Below are positions 53,986 to 56,332 of a stretch of DNA of 56,332 bases, in pieces. The stretch spans positions 1 through 56,332 of IMG/VR virus record IMGVR_UViG_3300029787_000057; one strand, given 5' to 3'. Origin of the DNA: a virus. Taxonomy: Duplodnaviria; Caudoviricetes. Position 1 is the stretch's first letter. The number at the start of each line of letters is the position of its first letter. A model generated the notes under the pieces. The model ran no database searches. It saw nothing but the letters and a program-made list of their open reading frames with translations, and was not told the origin of the DNA. Made by a program: the position numbers and the translations under genes.

Positions 53986-55496
53986 TAATAATAGCTGGCC
54001 TTCTTTGGATAGAAAGGCTCTTCCTCTTCATCACTTTTCAACCTTAAAAACCCGCCTTGCCGGAATCTCAACAAGGCTTGAGTAGAGGAGTCCACAAGGT
54101 CATCGTGCTCTCCTGCCGGAAAAGCCGCGAACTCCTCTACCACTTCTTCTGCAAATCTTGTATTGGGTCTCCACACATTACCAGATGCGAATAGATCCGC
54201 AACAGCGTTAACCCTAGCTATTTTGTCATTTCCCCTTGATGGGGTGTATTCCGAAACAGGTATCCCCATAGCTCTAAGCTCAAATATCAGGGGTGTGCCA
54301 GCAGCCTTCGCTTCAACTATGCAAGCGTCTGGCTCCCAGTAATCATAGTATTCCTGTGCTTTTCTTTTTAGTTCTGGAAACTCTAATCTTTCCTTGAGCG
54401 CATCTAAAAGAATAATATTTGCTTGCGTAAGCCCATCATCATCGGGTATATAAAATACCCCCCATGTGGTGCAAGCGGAATAGTCTGAGCGTTGTGTTTT
54501 TAAAAACGCCGTATCCCAAGACTGTATAACGAACTCACAAGGGGGTGGCGTGTCTTGTTCCCACTCCTTCCACCACTCCCTTTTCACCAGCGCACCCTCT
54601 TCTGACGTAGGGTTCTGCTGGTACTGGGCGTTCCATTTGGGAGCTGGCAGTTCGTTTCTCAACGATTCAAGTTCATCTAAAGGCCAGAACTCAGGCCATA
54701 GAGACTTACCTGACGGCATGATGGCTGGAAATTCAATCAACTCCCATTCATCGGTGCCAGACCGTTGAATAGATGATTTAATGATCTGTCCAGTCAAATC
54801 ACGTTTGTGCCATCGAGTCATTACCACGATGATCGCCCCTCCCGGCTGAAGCCGTTGACGAGGCCCAGAAGTATACCATTCGTAAACTCTATCAAAGACG
54901 GATGGATCGGCACTCTGACCTTCCTGTTCGGAATGCGGATCATCAATGATCAGCAAGTCAGCACCTTTACCAGTAACAGCTCCCCCCACGCCTATAGCGA
55001 AGTATTCACCGCCCTGATTAGTACTCCAGCGTCCGGCAGCTTTTGAATCAGATCGCAAAGCCACGGATGGAAATATATTCTTGAAATCACCACTATCTAC
55101 GAGGTTACGAACTTTCCTACCAAAGCCAACCGACAACTCGGCAGTGTGGGCTGTTTGGATAATCTTCTTCTCTGGGTATTTACCCAAGAACCAAGAAGGG
55201 AGCAGAAAGGATGCAAACTCAGATTTGGTATGTCTCGGTGGCATATTTATGATTAGCCGCTTCAACTCACCATCGGCTACACGCTGAAACGCATTAGCCA
55301 TGATCTTATGGTGCCTACCCTCTATAAAAGCGGGCCACACAGATTTAACAAACCCCATGAAAGTCTCGACAGACCTCTCACGCTTCTCCGCTGATTCATA
55401 TTGCTCCAGCAGATCAAGGATCTCCCTCTGCTCCTCTAACGGGAGAGATGGAAGATTCTTTAAAAGATCAGGATCTATTTTATCTGAAAGACTCAT
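53985..55496 (-). CDS. terL: Terminase large subunit
   Basis: INMPPRHTKS (Walker A-like), LIIDDP (Walker B), MTRW, YQQNP, SWDTA, VE.KA.G, HDDLVDS nuclease motif. Confidence 0.96.
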   Translation of the reverse strand: MSLSDKIDPDLLKNLPSLPLEEQREILDLLEQYESAEKRERSVETFMGFVKSVWPAFIEGRHHKIMANAFQRVADGELKRLIINMPPRHTKSEFASFLLPSWFLGKYPEKKIIQTAHTAELSVGFGRKVRNLVDSGDFKNIFPSVALRSDSKAAGRWSTNQGGEYFAIGVGGAVTGKGADLLIIDDPHSEQEGQSADPSVFDRVYEWYTSGPRQRLQPGGAIIVVMTRWHKRDLTGQIIKSSIQRSGTDEWELIEFPAIMPSGKSLWPEFWPLDELESLRNELPAPKWNAQYQQNPTSEEGALVKREWWKEWEQDTPPPCEFVIQSWDTAFLKTQRSDYSACTTWGVFYIPDDDGLTQANIILLDALKERLEFPELKRKAQEYYDYWEPDACIVEAKAAGTPLIFELRAMGIPVSEYTPSRGNDKIARVNAVADLFASGNVWRPNTRFAEEVVEEFAAFPAGEHDDLVDSSTQALLRFRQGGFLRLKSDEEEEPFYPKKASYY

Positions 55497-55505
55497 AAGA
55501 TCTCA

Positions 55506-55616
55506 TAGAACAATCCTAGTATAGAACATTCTAGCTTAGGATAATCACAAGATGCCCGTCATCCAAAGGGCATCTAGAAAGTCATCAACTGGAGTGTTCT
55601 CAATGAGAATGTTCTC
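55506..55616. repeat. Second cluster of AGAAC(A)(A/T)TCT-type sites upstream of terL
   Basis: TAGAACAATCCT 55506, TAGAACATTCTA 55522, GGAGTGTTCTC 55591, GAGAATGTTCTC 55605. Confidence 0.6.
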
Positions 55617-55959
55617 TAGTCAACTTTAGTGATTTTACCATACTGAGGGTCTTGACAATGTATGTCAAATTTTTTTAGAAATTTTTTTTGGGGGTAGGAT
55701 TCCTAGGGCAATTCCCTAGAAAAAAAGGGGTGGGTTGTGGGTTGTTAGGTGGTTAGTTAGAAAAAATAGTGATTTTTTGAGCGTTTTACTATGTATATGT
55801 TTATATGTACGCCGTGCGTGTACAGGGGGGTGGGGGTCATCTGATCTACTATCATTCTTCCCAACAGTTTTACTTAGGAGCACCCCAACAGATTTACTTA
55901 GCTGCAACTAACACACAACTATAGGCGCACAACCAACAACTAATTTTAGGTGCATAGAT

Positions 55960-56332
55960 TTAGTGAAGCTCTTTCTGATCGTCTTCTAATAAGTTTGCTA
56001 TTCGTTGCTCGATCTCTGCGCTGATCTGATCAGTTGATTTCTGCTCACTCGTTTCCAGCTTGTCAGTAAATAGCGCAATCGTTTTTCCTAAAAGATTAGC
56101 CGCTTGTAACTGAGCCGGTGAAGGTTCTTGTCCAGTCGTGGGATCCACATTCGTTTCTAGCCATGCTCTTAGCTTACTCGTTACCCGTTCCTTATCGCTC
56201 ACACTAGAGCGTATCAACGCATCCTCTCGCGCCTTAATCAAGACAGCCACCCTTGCGGATATCTGAGGGTCACTCATTAGCCTAGACCCTTCCTGTTGTG
56301 CTGTCTCCGCTTTACCCTCACTGTTGTATGCC
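55960..56332 (-). CDS. terS: Terminase small subunit, C-terminal part
   Basis: Frame open to the window end; joins 1-166; P.I.ARV..L and A..LLGK...LF.D motifs; upstream of terL. Confidence 0.8.
   Translation of the reverse strand, partial: AYNSEGKAETAQQEGSRLMSDPQISARVAVLIKAREDALIRSSVSDKERVTSKLRAWLETNVDPTTGQEPSPAQLQAANLLGKTIALFTDKLETSEQKSTDQISAEIEQRIANLLEDDQKELH
56274..56332. repeat. Terminal overlap, copy 2
   Basis: Matches 1-59 with 7 mismatches. Confidence 0.95.

Noticed and set aside
1-56332. Prophage or temperate lifestyle; alternative genetic code
   Set aside because: No integrase, repressor or host genes recognised; genes read through intact in the standard code and all three stop codons are used

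Overview
An essentially complete, circularly permuted ~56.3 kb dsDNA tailed phage genome, probably podovirus-like. It has no tape measure or sheath, but has tail tubular/stabilisation proteins and large ejection proteins. The two window ends overlap by 59 nt inside the small-terminase gene. Layout: (i) a + strand early region (0.3-9.3 kb) of about 30 mostly small genes, including ArdC antirestriction, a PAPS-reductase/PP-loop enzyme and a Mom-like DNA acetyltransferase; (ii) a - strand replication block (Twinkle/T7-gp4-like primase-helicase, RusA); (iii) a + strand recombination block (Cas4-like exonuclease, GIY-YIG, ERF, SSB, NinB-like, HNH, PD-(D/E)xK); (iv) a 38 kb - strand late operon (TerL, portal, GroES, scaffold, major capsid, tail, tail fibre, lysis, ejection proteins with LPD38). 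I recognised no DNA polymerase, integrase, repressor, tRNA or CRISPR. The most unusual content is non-coding. Two same-strand hammerhead ribozymes bracket the ardC-to-PP-loop cassette and would excise a ~2.24 kb RNA with ligatable ends. Upstream of the first lies a ~310 nt leader RNA carrying three 27-nt conserved-core hairpins. Three tandem, sequence-divergent three-way-junction pseudoknots (xrRNA-like topology) fill the convergent junction at 17.3-17.55 kb. Also present: parS-like palindromes, a candidate -1 frameshift in the lysis region, an early-specific extended RBS motif and strong local GATC enrichment. All calls come from reading the sequence and motifs by eye; no searches were run.
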